A stretch of 33,006 bases of DNA from Octopus bimaculoides (taxonomy: Eukaryota). Position 1 is the stretch's first letter. The number at the start of each line of letters is the position of its first letter. Position numbers and translations under genes: made by a program. Shown one piece after another: positions 32,023-33,006 of the stretch. The DNA lies in NCBI RefSeq assembly GCF_001194135.2, contig NC_069008.1, positions 301,291 through 334,296 of the forward strand, given 5' to 3'. The notes beneath the pieces are model-generated. The model was not told the origin of the DNA. It searched no databases and saw only the letters and a list, made by a program, of their open reading frames with translations.

Positions 32023-33006
32023 GTCTGGCTTTGTCAGTTGGCATCATTCTCTACATATCAGCTGTCAACGATGAGGTGGGACATCGAGCCAAGATCATTG
32101 GTGTCCAAGGCCCAAAGTTTGCCTACTTCTATGGCTGGTCGTTCTTCTTTGCCGGAGTGTCCTTCATCACTGCCGAAATGGCAGCTGTGTTTGGCATCTC
32201 ACTCTACCTGCTGCGCAACTCACACGTCGACGACATTCTGCGCATCATCCCTGGCCTCGAGGACAGGCTAGACAAATTGAATAAGCTCAACGGTTACCGC
32301 AACGACTATGAGGACGACGATGTCTATGAGGATGGTGAAAGCCACTATGCTCGCACCCAGGGCAGGCAACTGCAGAAGCAACAATCACAAGAACAACAGC
32401 AACAGCAACAACAACAACAACAGCAACAACAACAACAACAACACAGCATTTATCAAACTTTACAACAGATACAGCAAGAGAAACAACAGCAACAACTTAG
32501 TCACTACCAAACATTGCAACAAATACAGCGCGAGAAACAACAGCAACAACAGCAACAGCAGCATTGCCACTATCAGACACTACAACAGATTCAACGGGAA
32601 AAGCCACAGCAAAGTCATTACCAAACCTTGCAAGAAATAAAACAAGACAAACAACAGCAAGAATGCCGTGAAATGGATGCTGAGAGTAACATTTATGCCA
32701 CGTTGCGCCATGCTGACGAGATGAGGAAAGATCCACGCGTCATCATTAGCGACTTTGATTTCGGTGGCCCCATCTATGGTGATAACGTGGACAGTGCCGC
32801 CCCTGTTGCATCGGATCTGGCCACCACCATCAGCCCTGGCCTCGACACCTACGCTGATCCATATGCACTCGATGGTTCAAAGTATACCATTTACGGACGA
32901 GTATCTCCAGCTAGTGCGGGCGGGGAGGGGGCGGGCGTGGCAGCTGCGTCATCGACGTCGTATGCCACCTATGACGTCATCAACAATGCTCCCGACGACA
33001 TCACCG
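32023..33006 (+). CDS. Coding exon 4 of the TARP-like gene (TM3, TM4, long cytoplasmic tail); open to the window end
   Basis: tctcttcttcag acceptor, phase 1; GLALSVGIILYISAVNDE...YFYGWSFFFAGVSFITAEMAAVFGISLYL resembles stargazin GLSNIIGIIVYISA...[23 protein letters not shown]. Manual translation finds no stop through 33006. The ORF track omits this frame. Confidence 0.92.

Noticed and set aside
32308-32640. 110 aa Asn-rich ORF as an overlapping gene
   Set aside because: It is the alternative frame of the CAA/CAG-rich TARP tail; synonymous variation supports the Gln/YQTL frame.

Overview
Eukaryotic, AT-rich, gap-containing draft genomic DNA. The SINE families and microsatellite style point to an octopus or other coleoid cephalopod (inference). 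Two spliced + strand host genes are supported. (1) The last two coding exons of a divergent SLC16/monocarboxylate-transporter-like MFS gene (95-1141, 2172-2362). (2) A four-exon stargazin/TARP-like (CACNG, PMP22/claudin superfamily) gene (16286-16478, 27349-27438, 28686-28820, 32023->33006), which the ORF track only partly shows. Its last exon stays open to the window edge and encodes an unusual cytoplasmic tail: a 16-Gln run, four tandem (S/C)xYQTLQxI repeats conserved in protein but written with different synonymous codons, and 16 tyrosines in total. The rest is a dense, nested TE landscape: several tRNA-derived SINE families, two RLE-type LINE remnants, an RTE LINE remnant, a Penelope-like GIY-YIG remnant, two mariner remnants, mariner and hAT MITEs, a Helentron-type HINE, a tRNA-Ser pseudogene with a CCT anticodon next to a SINE tail, several long fold-back hairpins (one with a degenerate hammerhead-like core) and many microsatellites. 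No CRISPR or prokaryotic system is present. All family calls come from motif recognition, not database searches.
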